Below, piece after piece: positions 26,722-34,896 of a DNA stretch of 41,264 nucleotides (position 1 is the first letter of the stretch; each line of letters begins with the position of its first letter). This DNA is from Candidatus Heimdallarchaeota archaeon (GTDB lineage Archaea > Asgardarchaeota > Heimdallarchaeia > Heimdallarchaeales > Heimdallarchaeaceae), in contig DAOVET010000016.1 of the NCBI GenBank assembly GCA_030668825.1, positions 1-41,264 of the forward strand, in the 5' to 3' direction. The position numbers and the translations under genes were made by a program. The notes below the pieces were generated by a model. That model ran no database searches and was not told where the DNA came from. It saw nothing but the letters and a program-made list of their open reading frames with translations.

Positions 26722-28173
26722 TTATTGTTCCTCCTTTTTAGTCGATTCATAGTTAGTTTCTTCAATTAGTTCCTCGGTACCATCCCAATCAACATCCCAG
26801 TATCGGGGGGGTTTAAAATCAACAAAATGCGATAATTTGGTAGATTCACGTCGAATCCTATCGGCTACTGGTGCCCAATCTTTGGATGCTTGTTGACATT
26901 TATCAGTAAGGTAATCAACTGTTTCATTATCAATCATCTGAGTAGATTTTGCATTTGATTCATGCACCATCTCTTTCAGTGAATCAGGATTGTCAAGAAG
27001 AGGGCAAGGACGTAAATAGTTTTTATTGAATGGTTGTTTACGATTATATTGTCTAAATAATGGCGATTTCAAAGATTCCAACAAACTTACATCTTTGATA
27101 TTAACATTTGAATAATGAATAAAGGCACATGGTTCAACATCTCCATTTGCGTTGATATGTAGATAGCTTCTTCCTCCTGCTATACAACCTCTTGCATAAT
27201 CTCCATCATTCCAAAAATCAATTAAGAAAATAGATTTTGTTTCTCTAAATTTCCGAACTTGATGAAACATAAATTCTCTTTGCTCTGGAGTACTCATTAA
27301 TTCTATTATAGCATCTTTTCCAAGCGGCATATATGTAAATAACCATCCATAACTTGCACCCATCTCAATCATATAGTCGATAAATTCGTCTGATCCTATA
27401 ACATGTGTATTCTTATTGTGATAACAAGTAGAAATTCCAAACAAGACACGATGCTTCTTAAGAAGTTTCATGGCTTTTATTACCTTTTTATAAGTACCCT
27501 TACCTCGACGAAAATCGGTTTCTGCTTCAAAACCTTCAACACTTATGGCTAAAGTGAGATTTCCAACTTCAGCTAATGCCATAGCAAATTCTTCATCGAC
27601 TAAAGTTCCGTTTGTAAATGCCAAAAAGAAGCAATCTTGATGTTTTTTTGCTAATTTTAATAAATCGTTCTTTCTGATAGTTGGTTCTCCACCTGAATAT
27701 AGATACCAATAGATCCCTAAGTCTTTTCCTTCTAATATAATCCTATCCATTAGCTCAAAACTTAAGTTATCTGTTTTATCATATTCTGCGGCCCAGCACC
27801 CTTCACAGTTCAAATTACATGCAGATGTAGGATCCATAAGAATGGCTATAGGAACATTGCACTGGTTTTCTCTACTTATTTTGCGAGTCTTTTCAATCCC
27901 AACAAGTACTGTATTTACACCAAAATTCCGTACGAATAGTTTCATAGTTTTTGGATTTATATTTTCAAACGAATATAGAAGAAGCTTATACATAGGATTA
28001 CTTTCATCACGAAAAGCTTTGAAAGTTCTCTTTTGAATAGAATTCGCTGCAAATCGTTCAACACCAGAAATAAGCTTTGGAATATTTTTCTTTGGATTCT
28101 TTAAAGCATATCTAGTTGCCAAGTTTAAAACTGTCCTATTAATTGGGTTATTTTTACGTCTCATGTTTATCAC
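26722..28173 (-). CDS. Radical SAM enzyme with SPASM/twitch-like C-terminus, bacterial (anaerobe)-type family
   Basis: DPTSACNLNCEGC (CxxxCxxC), SGGEP, FTNGTL, GCIAGGRSYLHINANGDVEPC and RPCP. Confidence 0.92.
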   Translation of the reverse strand: MINMRRKNNPINRTVLNLATRYALKNPKKNIPKLISGVERFAANSIQKRTFKAFRDESNPMYKLLLYSFENINPKTMKLFVRNFGVNTVLVGIEKTRKISRENQCNVPIAILMDPTSACNLNCEGCWAAEYDKTDNLSFELMDRIILEGKDLGIYWYLYSGGEPTIRKNDLLKLAKKHQDCFFLAFTNGTLVDEEFAMALAEVGNLTLAISVEGFEAETDFRRGKGTYKKVIKAMKLLKKHRVLFGISTCYHNKNTHVIGSDEFIDYMIEMGASYGWLFTYMPLGKDAIIELMSTPEQREFMFHQVRKFRETKSIFLIDFWNDGDYARGCIAGGRSYLHINANGDVEPCAFIHYSNVNIKDVSLLESLKSPLFRQYNRKQPFNKNYLRPCPLLDNPDSLKEMVHESNAKSTQMIDNETVDYLTDKCQQASKDWAPVADRIRRESTKLSHFVDFKPPRYWDVDWDGTEELIEETNYESTKKEEQ

Positions 28174-28186
28174 TTCACCAGCATAT

Positions 28187-28251
28187 AAACAACTGTTTCA
28201 AACAAGTATTTAAATCTTTTGTTTCAAACAATAGTTTTAAATATGTGTTTA
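28187..28251. promoter_or_regulatory. Array of five 13-bp quasi-palindromic operators (AAAC-N4-GTTT) overlapping a TATA-like box
   Basis: Units start at 28187, 28200, 28213, 28226 and 28239, between the divergent radical SAM and TetR genes. Confidence 0.75.
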
Positions 28252-28432
28252 AATAATTCCTTCATGAGAGAAAACTATAAATTCAATTAAAATTGAGAGT
28301 TAGATTAGACATTAGCCTGTAGAAAAAACAGAAATACTAGATTAAGGAGTATACTTGAATGAGTTCCTAAAGGGCTTCGGTAAGATATAAGAGTGTTCAT
28401 TTGCTCAAATCATTATAATTGGAGAACTGACC

Positions 28433-29005
28433 TTGAAAAAAATAGTTTCTAAAAAAGAAAAAATTATTAATGCAGCACTTAAACTTATTGCTAAAAAGGG
28501 GAATTTAAATTTTACAATAAGAGAGGTTGTACTAGATGCAGATGTTAACATTGCTTCTGTAAATTATTATTTTGGAACTAAAAAAAAATTGATTCAAGAA
28601 ATTGAAAAAAAATTCATTGGAAATTTGCTAGAATTTCAGAATATACTAAAAGATACTCAAATTAAACCAAAACAGCGCCTTATCAAATGGACTAGTAATT
28701 TATTTGAATATATGATTGACAATCCTGGACTAATATCGATATTAAACAATAAACTTATTTTTACAGAAGATATAGATACTACCTTTAAGTTATTTCTGCA
28801 AGAAAATAATAAATATCTAGCTCAAATTATTAGAGAAATCACAAGTATTGAAGAAGAAATTTTAAAATTTAAAATAGTCCAAATTAATGCTGGTCTTTTC
28901 TTCCCTATGATCTTTGTTAATAATTCTGAAAACCTGTTTGGATTTTCTTTCAAGGATCTAGAAAATCGAAATAAATATGTCAAATCTATTATTGATTCAA
29001 TTTGA
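28433..29005 (+). CDS. TetR/AcrR-family transcriptional regulator
   Basis: KEKIINAALKLIAKKG...TIREV...ADVNIASVNYYFGTKKKL helix-turn-helix. Confidence 0.93.
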   Translation: MKKIVSKKEKIINAALKLIAKKGNLNFTIREVVLDADVNIASVNYYFGTKKKLIQEIEKKFIGNLLEFQNILKDTQIKPKQRLIKWTSNLFEYMIDNPGLISILNNKLIFTEDIDTTFKLFLQENNKYLAQIIREITSIEEEILKFKIVQINAGLFFPMIFVNNSENLFGFSFKDLENRNKYVKSIIDSI

Positions 29006-29108
29006 GTAGAATAGAGTTAATTGCTCTTGATTAAGAAAGTTAAGAAAAGAAAATTGATAATTTTATAATTGTCTTATACAATTAAATTAAGTTTCAAAAG
29101 GTGTTAAA

Positions 29109-30413
29109 ATGGTTAAAGTATCAAAAGAAAATGTGAAATATCTTTCATTTGAAGGGGGAGGAGGAAAAGGCGTAGCATATATTGGTGCTCTAGAAGTCAT
29201 GAAGGAGCTAGGTATTTTATCTTATTTTGATAAGGAAAAAGATAGTAAAACATACAAAAGGCTCAATCCTGACAAAATCATGGGTGTTGCAGGAACATCT
29301 GTTGGTTCAATAGTAGCTTTGCTTGTAGCTTGTGGGTATACGCCTGAAGAAATGCAAGATATTTTGATGACGAAAATAGGTTTAAACATTTTAGACACAG
29401 TAGAATTTGGTAAAATGCCTACTATTTATACAGAGGAGTACCAAGATATAGTCATTCAAGATCCAAGATTTAAAGATGTAGAGAAATTCATGAAAGCTTC
29501 ATGGTTAGAATATATAAAATCAGAAGATAAGAAATTAAGCAATTTAATGGAAATACCTGTTAATCGTATTCAAAGGAGAGGGATGCAATTCTTTTCGTTG
29601 ATCCTAAAAGGTTTCCTCAGTTATGAATCAAAAAAAACTTATTCTAAAGACTTGTCAAGCAAAATTAGTCCTTTTACTATCAAGGAATTAATTCACTCAG
29701 AGACAATAAACCCAGCAATAAAAAAAATTTTGCAAGAGCCAATCCATTCGTTTAATAGTTTAAAACACGAATATGGGTTATTTTTGGGTAAGACAGCAAG
29801 AGACATATTTGATTTATGGATTGAACAAAAATCTGGCGTACAAAACTGTACGTTTAAAATTTTTAAAAAGGAGTTTAATATAGATTTAGTTATACCTGCA
29901 GTTAGTGTAAATTCAAAAGAAGTATTTTATTTCAGAAATAATAGAAAATGGAAGAATCTATGTGTAGCAGATGCTGTAAGAATGTCAATAAACATCCCCT
30001 TCTTATTTAAACCTGTATTAATGAAGAAAACAAAAAAGGGAGTAAGCTCTATTACAGATAAGATTCATTTAGCTAATTTTATGATAGATGGAGGGGCAAT
30101 AAATAATTTTCCAATACATGCCTTTGACTCAAAAAATTCTACAAAGCTAAATCCTTCAGTCGTCGGATTATCTCTAGTACCTTATTATAGAGCAAAGAAA
30201 TCAGAAATTAATTCTCTAAGTGATTACATCAATTTTATAGGTTATATAATTCAAAAAAATGCAACAAAACTTCAAGTTTTACATGATGAAGACAAAGAAC
30301 AAATTATTGAATTGGATACTAAAGCAGTGAGCGTTTTTGATTTTGCATTTGAAGAAATTCCAGAAGATGTGAAAAAGGAATCTAGAACTAGAACATTAGA
30401 ATATTTCTCGTGA
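29109..30413 (+). CDS. Patatin-like phospholipase
   Basis: EGGGGKG oxyanion motif, GTSVG catalytic Ser, AVRMS..IP..F and IDGG catalytic Asp. Confidence 0.93.
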   Translation: MVKVSKENVKYLSFEGGGGKGVAYIGALEVMKELGILSYFDKEKDSKTYKRLNPDKIMGVAGTSVGSIVALLVACGYTPEEMQDILMTKIGLNILDTVEFGKMPTIYTEEYQDIVIQDPRFKDVEKFMKASWLEYIKSEDKKLSNLMEIPVNRIQRRGMQFFSLILKGFLSYESKKTYSKDLSSKISPFTIKELIHSETINPAIKKILQEPIHSFNSLKHEYGLFLGKTARDIFDLWIEQKSGVQNCTFKIFKKEFNIDLVIPAVSVNSKEVFYFRNNRKWKNLCVADAVRMSINIPFLFKPVLMKKTKKGVSSITDKIHLANFMIDGGAINNFPIHAFDSKNSTKLNPSVVGLSLVPYYRAKKSEINSLSDYINFIGYIIQKNATKLQVLHDEDKEQIIELDTKAVSVFDFAFEEIPEDVKKESRTRTLEYFS

Positions 30414-30682
30414 GCGCATACATTTCTGAAGTGATTTTAAGTTTCAGAAGATAATTCATTGTATATTTTTCTTCAATATTGTTGAAGATAAAAAAGGCCT
30501 TTTATAAGAAAAACTAGTTAAAAGAGAGAGAAAACAGCAGGAGAAAATAGTTTTCGAGAAGTTGATAGAGAAAACAGTTATCTTGCAGTTAAAGCTAGGT
30601 AGAAGAAAACGGTTACTCTTGTCTCAAACAACACATGCTGTAACAAACTTTGCTAACAGCCTTATTACTTTTAAAGACCAAG

Positions 30683-30796
30683 CTATGAATTATGTACAGT
30701 TTCACCATCAATCAAACCATTACTGTCCAGATTCCCTGATGAATCGTCTAATAGAGGGTTCAAATTATAGTTTATCTCCCAAGAATCACTCATTCC
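30683..30796 (-). pseudogene. Scrap of a Ca-binding DxDxDG (TSP3-like) surface-protein repeat
   Basis: Manual translation GMSDSWEINYNLNPLLDDSSGNLDSNGLIDGE, ending exactly at the repeat junction. Confidence 0.6.
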
Positions 30797-30797
30797 T

Positions 30798-31254
30798 TCA
30801 GATTTCCACAGGTATACTGGGAAGCTAGGGTCCGTTCGAGTTCCCAATAAGGAAATAAAGAATATTCTTTCCTACTTCAACTTGTAAGAATCCCACACCT
30901 TTAGTAATAATTCAGGATCATCTGAAAAAATCCCGTCTATTTCCCATTTAAAAAGATTCATCATAATTTGTTCATCATTAATTGTCCATGGATGAACAGC
31001 TAAATTCCATTTGTGGGCTCTTCTAATGCTTCTTTGAGTAACAATTTTCAGAAAATTATAATTCATAGGTACTTGAAAAACACAGAATTTTTTATGGGAA
31101 AATAATGTAAAGTGACCAAGAAAAGCTAAGACTTCTAGACGGTTTGCACTTGTAGGTATACTCCATTGTACGCTTATATCTCTAAATCTCTTGATTTGTT
31201 TTTGGTGAAATGAACCTAATAAAAACCGATCTTGAGCATTTGAAGAAATTATAG
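30798..31254. repeat. Right copy of diverged direct repeat (orphan PHP C-terminus + GDPD 3' half)
   Basis: The + strand encodes SDFHRYTGKLGSVRVPNKEIKNILSYFNL*, versus SDFHGDTGKLGSVKIPKEEIKNIFSYFNL* in the PHP gene. Confidence 0.95.
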
Positions 31255-31693
31255 CTTCGAGTATTTTTTCAGGAGCCTCTTTTAACTCATCTTTAATATC
31301 CATATTTACTCGAATTTTTGGAAATTTATCAAGAAATCCAACAAGCGAAAGAATCTTGAATTCTTTGTTTCTATAAGGATATTCCCAACTTTTAGAATCT
31401 TGATACCAATAGCCCAAATCATATGCTTGTAATTTATCAAAAGTATAGTCAATAATTGAACCAATTCCATTGGTAGTACGATCTAAAGATTCATCATGAA
31501 AAATCACAGGAATACCATCTTTTGTCAACCGAATATCTGTTTCCAGAACATCTACATCCAAATCATAAGCTTCTTTGAAGGATTGATATGAACTCTCTGG
31601 AGTGTAAGCACTTCTCCCTCTATGTGCTATAATCAACGGACGATCATTTTTTAGAAATGGAATGTTACTTCTCAGATAGACGGAACTTTTCAT
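30872..31693 (-). CDS. Glycerophosphodiester phosphodiesterase (GDPD)
   Basis: IIAHRG, PES, ETDIRLTKDG..VIFHD..LDRTT, NMDIK, VHPWTIND and DGIFSDDP. Confidence 0.94.
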   Translation of the reverse strand: MKSSVYLRSNIPFLKNDRPLIIAHRGRSAYTPESSYQSFKEAYDLDVDVLETDIRLTKDGIPVIFHDESLDRTTNGIGSIIDYTFDKLQAYDLGYWYQDSKSWEYPYRNKEFKILSLVGFLDKFPKIRVNMDIKDELKEAPEKILEAIISSNAQDRFLLGSFHQKQIKRFRDISVQWSIPTSANRLEVLAFLGHFTLFSHKKFCVFQVPMNYNFLKIVTQRSIRRAHKWNLAVHPWTINDEQIMMNLFKWEIDGIFSDDPELLLKVWDSYKLK

Positions 31694-31721
31694 GTTAGTT
31701 CACATTATTTATTACTGTAAA

Positions 31722-33164
31722 CTATTTCTCTTCTGCTTTATCTATAATCTCTTTTATTAGATAAAGCAATTGATCCATTGTTTTCTTCCCTATGTCCAAA
31801 GATTTTCCCGGTTCATGGAATAGTACATTCCTCTTGAATCTGATTTCGTGGAGTAAAGAAACTGCGTCTTTTGTAATCAATCTGTTCTTCTCTAAAATAT
31901 CGATTAATTTTATGAAATTAACATCTTCCTTCTCTAGTTCTGGATTTAAGTTGATTAAGGTTTTTCTGAAAACAGTTTCAAGAGTTCGATAAATAAGTAG
32001 GAAAGACAATGTTTGTTCTTCACTTCTGATTTTATCCCATTTAGAAATCTTCTCTTGAATATAATCTAAATCTGCTTTGATTGCTTGTTCTTCTTCTGAA
32101 GTCAAGATTTGACTGGAAATAATCTGTAAAAGAGGGTCATATTTGAATTGTTTCTCAATCTGTTCTCTTGCTTCTTCAGGTATTTTAATTTCTTCTAATA
32201 CTTCTTTGTATAGTTTCCACGCTATAGATTTAGCCATTCCATCTCTATAATACCAAGATATAGTTTCAACCAATTTCGAGAGAAGTAAACTCTTCTTAGC
32301 TTCATAGATTATACCAGATAAATCCCTTTGAGTCCTTCGAACAAAAAGATTACTTATTGGAAATTCAGCAATAGACAAAATTTGAATCAATCTTCTTTCT
32401 CTCTCAATTTCAGGTTCATAATAGATAATTGGAACTATCCTTGGAATTAGACGACATAATGTTCTAGATGATGTAAAGAAGAGAAATAAACCAAAGAAAA
32501 GTAACAATCCAAAAATCAAAGAGAATATGAGTACATTAACTGAATTTGTGATCTGATCCAATTCAATGAAATCAAGTTTAATACTAGTTCCTCGCAGAAT
32601 AATGACCAGTATCAAGTTCATAAAAAGTAATGCAGAAGTAACCCCACTAAACAGAAATAGTGCTTCATTATATGTTAACAGCCTTTGATTTCTTGAACTA
32701 TGGCTTCTATCAACGAAATTTTGAGAATATTGTTTTCTTGCTTCTTTAACTAAATCTGGAATAACTTTTGTTTCAATCTTGTTTTTCAAAAGCTTTATTT
32801 CCTTATTTTTAAGAATATACTCCATATCTTCAAGAGGAACAGCTTTCTCACGAATCTTTAGTCGCCTAGGCTTAAGGAATATACTTTCTAGATTGATTTT
32901 TAGATTATTAGTTATGTGTTTCTTAACTCCTCCGAAGAAGAAAACCAATCTTGGAGATATGATATAGAGGAAAATAATTGGTATTATTAGAAAGATGAAT
33001 AAAAGCAGTGAGGAAAATTGATAATCTTGGGTTCGTAACCCGGTATAAATTATATAAACAAAAATCTCTATTAGGAAAGGTAGAATTAGACCAAATAATA
33101 CCCTAAGCAACATATACCATATATTAGCACCAGGTTTAGAACCAGTCAAAGCTTGATAAGTCAT
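31722..33164 (-). CDS. 4-TM membrane protein with C-terminal HEPN-like domain
   Basis: Two TM pairs and a C-terminal helical domain with YRTLE...RFKRNVLFH (RxxxxH). Probable start MTYQ at 33164. Confidence 0.7.
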   Translation of the reverse strand: MTYQALTGSKPGANIWYMLLRVLFGLILPFLIEIFVYIIYTGLRTQDYQFSSLLLFIFLIIPIIFLYIISPRLVFFFGGVKKHITNNLKINLESIFLKPRRLKIREKAVPLEDMEYILKNKEIKLLKNKIETKVIPDLVKEARKQYSQNFVDRSHSSRNQRLLTYNEALFLFSGVTSALLFMNLILVIILRGTSIKLDFIELDQITNSVNVLIFSLIFGLLLFFGLFLFFTSSRTLCRLIPRIVPIIYYEPEIERERRLIQILSIAEFPISNLFVRRTQRDLSGIIYEAKKSLLLSKLVETISWYYRDGMAKSIAWKLYKEVLEEIKIPEEAREQIEKQFKYDPLLQIISSQILTSEEEQAIKADLDYIQEKISKWDKIRSEEQTLSFLLIYRTLETVFRKTLINLNPELEKEDVNFIKLIDILEKNRLITKDAVSLLHEIRFKRNVLFHEPGKSLDIGKKTMDQLLYLIKEIIDKAEEK

Positions 33165-33183
33165 TGATAAAAAAATTAGAAGG

Positions 33184-34287
33184 TCATATAAATGCTTGAT
33201 GGTCGATATTATCCGCCATAAGAAGTTTTGAAATTTTGGACAGTTCTTCCTTGATCCATTCAACTTCACTTTCTTTGTATAAGTTATATGTAATCAAATC
33301 ACTAAAACAAGCATGCCTTAACCTTTCGAATCCTTTGCTTGCATAAAGGCTTGATTCCTCTAGAAGTAGATGACGCCCATTTTCACAAATTTTAGAAAAA
33401 GACCAATCCAAAGGAAACTTTATTTCAAATTCTTTATTGTTGATAAAGAAATAAGGAACTTGAAATGCTAAGAAATAATGTCCCGAATTAGCAAATCGAT
33501 TACTCAAAGAAATAAATTGCTGTACTTTGAATGAAGAAGAGATTTTCTGCTTTTCTTCTATTTCCTTTGTTAAAATATGTATCAAAGCAATCATTTTTAC
33601 AAAGGACTGTTCATCTAAAGGATAATGAATCCTCTGAGGAAAATAACTTCGTGTTTCTTGTATATCAATATCTAAGATTTTCTCTTCTGAAATTAAGGTT
33701 TTTTTCTTAATATGATCTTCTTTTGTTAGTTTTAAGAAAACTAGTTCAGAACATATCCTGAACAGATCATCCAATCCTTCCTTCTTATTTAATCTGAGTA
33801 TCTGCAAACTGAAACGGTTTGACCATTTATTTAAGAAGCCTAGATATGGACAAAAATTACCATTGGAACCCAAATATGTTAGCAATGAATGATTGTGCCT
33901 CACTAAGTTTTCCATTTTTGAAACAGATATTTCCAAATCATAAGGGGTAAAGAGAATTTTATCATTGAGACTTTTTTTGACTAAATTGTCAAACACTAGT
34001 ATAGAGCTCCCAGAATGATTCCTATCTCTGTTTACGATATGAATAGGGAAATCTTTTATCTCATTTGCTAAATGTATGTCTTGAATTTCATAGTTAAATG
34101 GAAGAGAGATAATAATCTCATTAACATATTTCTTCATTTTTCTAATTTGATGAGTAATGAAGTACTCCCTGTCTTGAGAATTGTTTTCATAGCCTACGAT
34201 CAAACCTGTGGTATTCTCTTTTGAATGCTCATGTTTGGAGGTTTTTTTTCCCACTTCTTCAAGCAAATTTTTTATTGAACTATGCAT
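33184..34287 (-). CDS. Divergent MobA-like (NTP-transferase fold) protein with C-terminal helical extension
   Basis: Pattern LIVG....FITHQI......VNEIIIS....IV.RD....G....ILFTPYDL resembles the MobA backbone without the GGxxxR motif. Directly downstream of mobB. Confidence 0.5.
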   Translation of the reverse strand: MHSSIKNLLEEVGKKTSKHEHSKENTTGLIVGYENNSQDREYFITHQIRKMKKYVNEIIISLPFNYEIQDIHLANEIKDFPIHIVNRDRNHSGSSILVFDNLVKKSLNDKILFTPYDLEISVSKMENLVRHNHSLLTYLGSNGNFCPYLGFLNKWSNRFSLQILRLNKKEGLDDLFRICSELVFLKLTKEDHIKKKTLISEEKILDIDIQETRSYFPQRIHYPLDEQSFVKMIALIHILTKEIEEKQKISSSFKVQQFISLSNRFANSGHYFLAFQVPYFFINNKEFEIKFPLDWSFSKICENGRHLLLEESSLYASKGFERLRHACFSDLITYNLYKESEVEWIKEELSKISKLLMADNIDHQAFI

Positions 34288-34296
34288 TTACTTCCC

Positions 34297-34830
34297 TCAA
34301 CTGACGAAATATTCCAAAATATTCTGTAATGTTTTATTTACTTCAGTACTAAAGAGAACATCATATTTACTAACAAATTCATCTATAACCAGTTTGTTAC
34401 TTTCATAGTCATTAGAATTACAATATAAAAATTTGATTGTGGTAAAATCAATTGATTCTTCGAGTATTTTTTCTGCCCAGATTAATAATTTAGGATATTT
34501 TTCATCTTTAAATCCCTCAATAATAAGAAAATCAGGATCAGAAATATTTGAAATTTCAGCTATTAGCCGCTCTAGCTTAATCTGCTTGTTTATAGTAATT
34601 TGGGTGGCGTTATCTAAAACCACGATTGAGAGATTACTACCTGCTCTAAGAAACTCATCTGAATCCTTTTTAGAAAAAGAGTAAGAATGTTTCCTTGACG
34701 ACTTTATTGTAGCACAATTAAAATTATTTTCCGATAGTTTCTCTAGTAATGAGCAAATTATAGTTGTTTTTCCGGTACCAGAATACCCTATGATTTGCAG
34801 AATTTTCGGTTTGATCATAAGATTACACAT
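34297..34830 (-). CDS. mobB: Molybdopterin-guanine dinucleotide biosynthesis protein B
   Basis: IIGYSGTGKTT, ATIK, KDS..F..AG and IIEGFKDEKYPK. Confidence 0.9.
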   Translation of the reverse strand: MCNLMIKPKILQIIGYSGTGKTTIICSLLEKLSENNFNCATIKSSRKHSYSFSKKDSDEFLRAGSNLSIVVLDNATQITINKQIKLERLIAEISNISDPDFLIIEGFKDEKYPKLLIWAEKILEESIDFTTIKFLYCNSNDYESNKLVIDEFVSKYDVLFSTEVNKTLQNILEYFVS

Positions 34831-34896
34831 TTATTTTGTCTATTATTTCTGAACCATATAAAATAAAATAGAGTAGTTAGAAGAATAATCTCTCCT

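Larger units (their letters stand above)
25395..30797. mobile_element. Genomic island without integrase, bounded by a long direct repeat
   Basis: Four cargo genes plus a gene scrap, lying between two copies of the PHP/GDPD junction. Confidence 0.7.

Noticed and set aside
29109-30413. Patatin as a CBASS CapV effector
   Set aside because: No adjacent CD-NTase. The NTase-like genes are about 20 kb away and degenerate, and the context is lipid metabolism.
30423-30450. Inverted repeat TTCTGAA...TTCAGAA after the patatin gene
   Set aside because: A 7-bp AT-rich stem, too weak to call as a terminator or element end.
25395-30797. IS, transposon or integrase-driven element
   Set aside because: No transposase or recombinase ORF, terminal inverted repeats or short target duplication was seen.
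30562-30828. 88-aa ORF on the + strand
   Set aside because: No recognisable features. It crosses the island junction and overlaps a better-supported - strand gene scrap.
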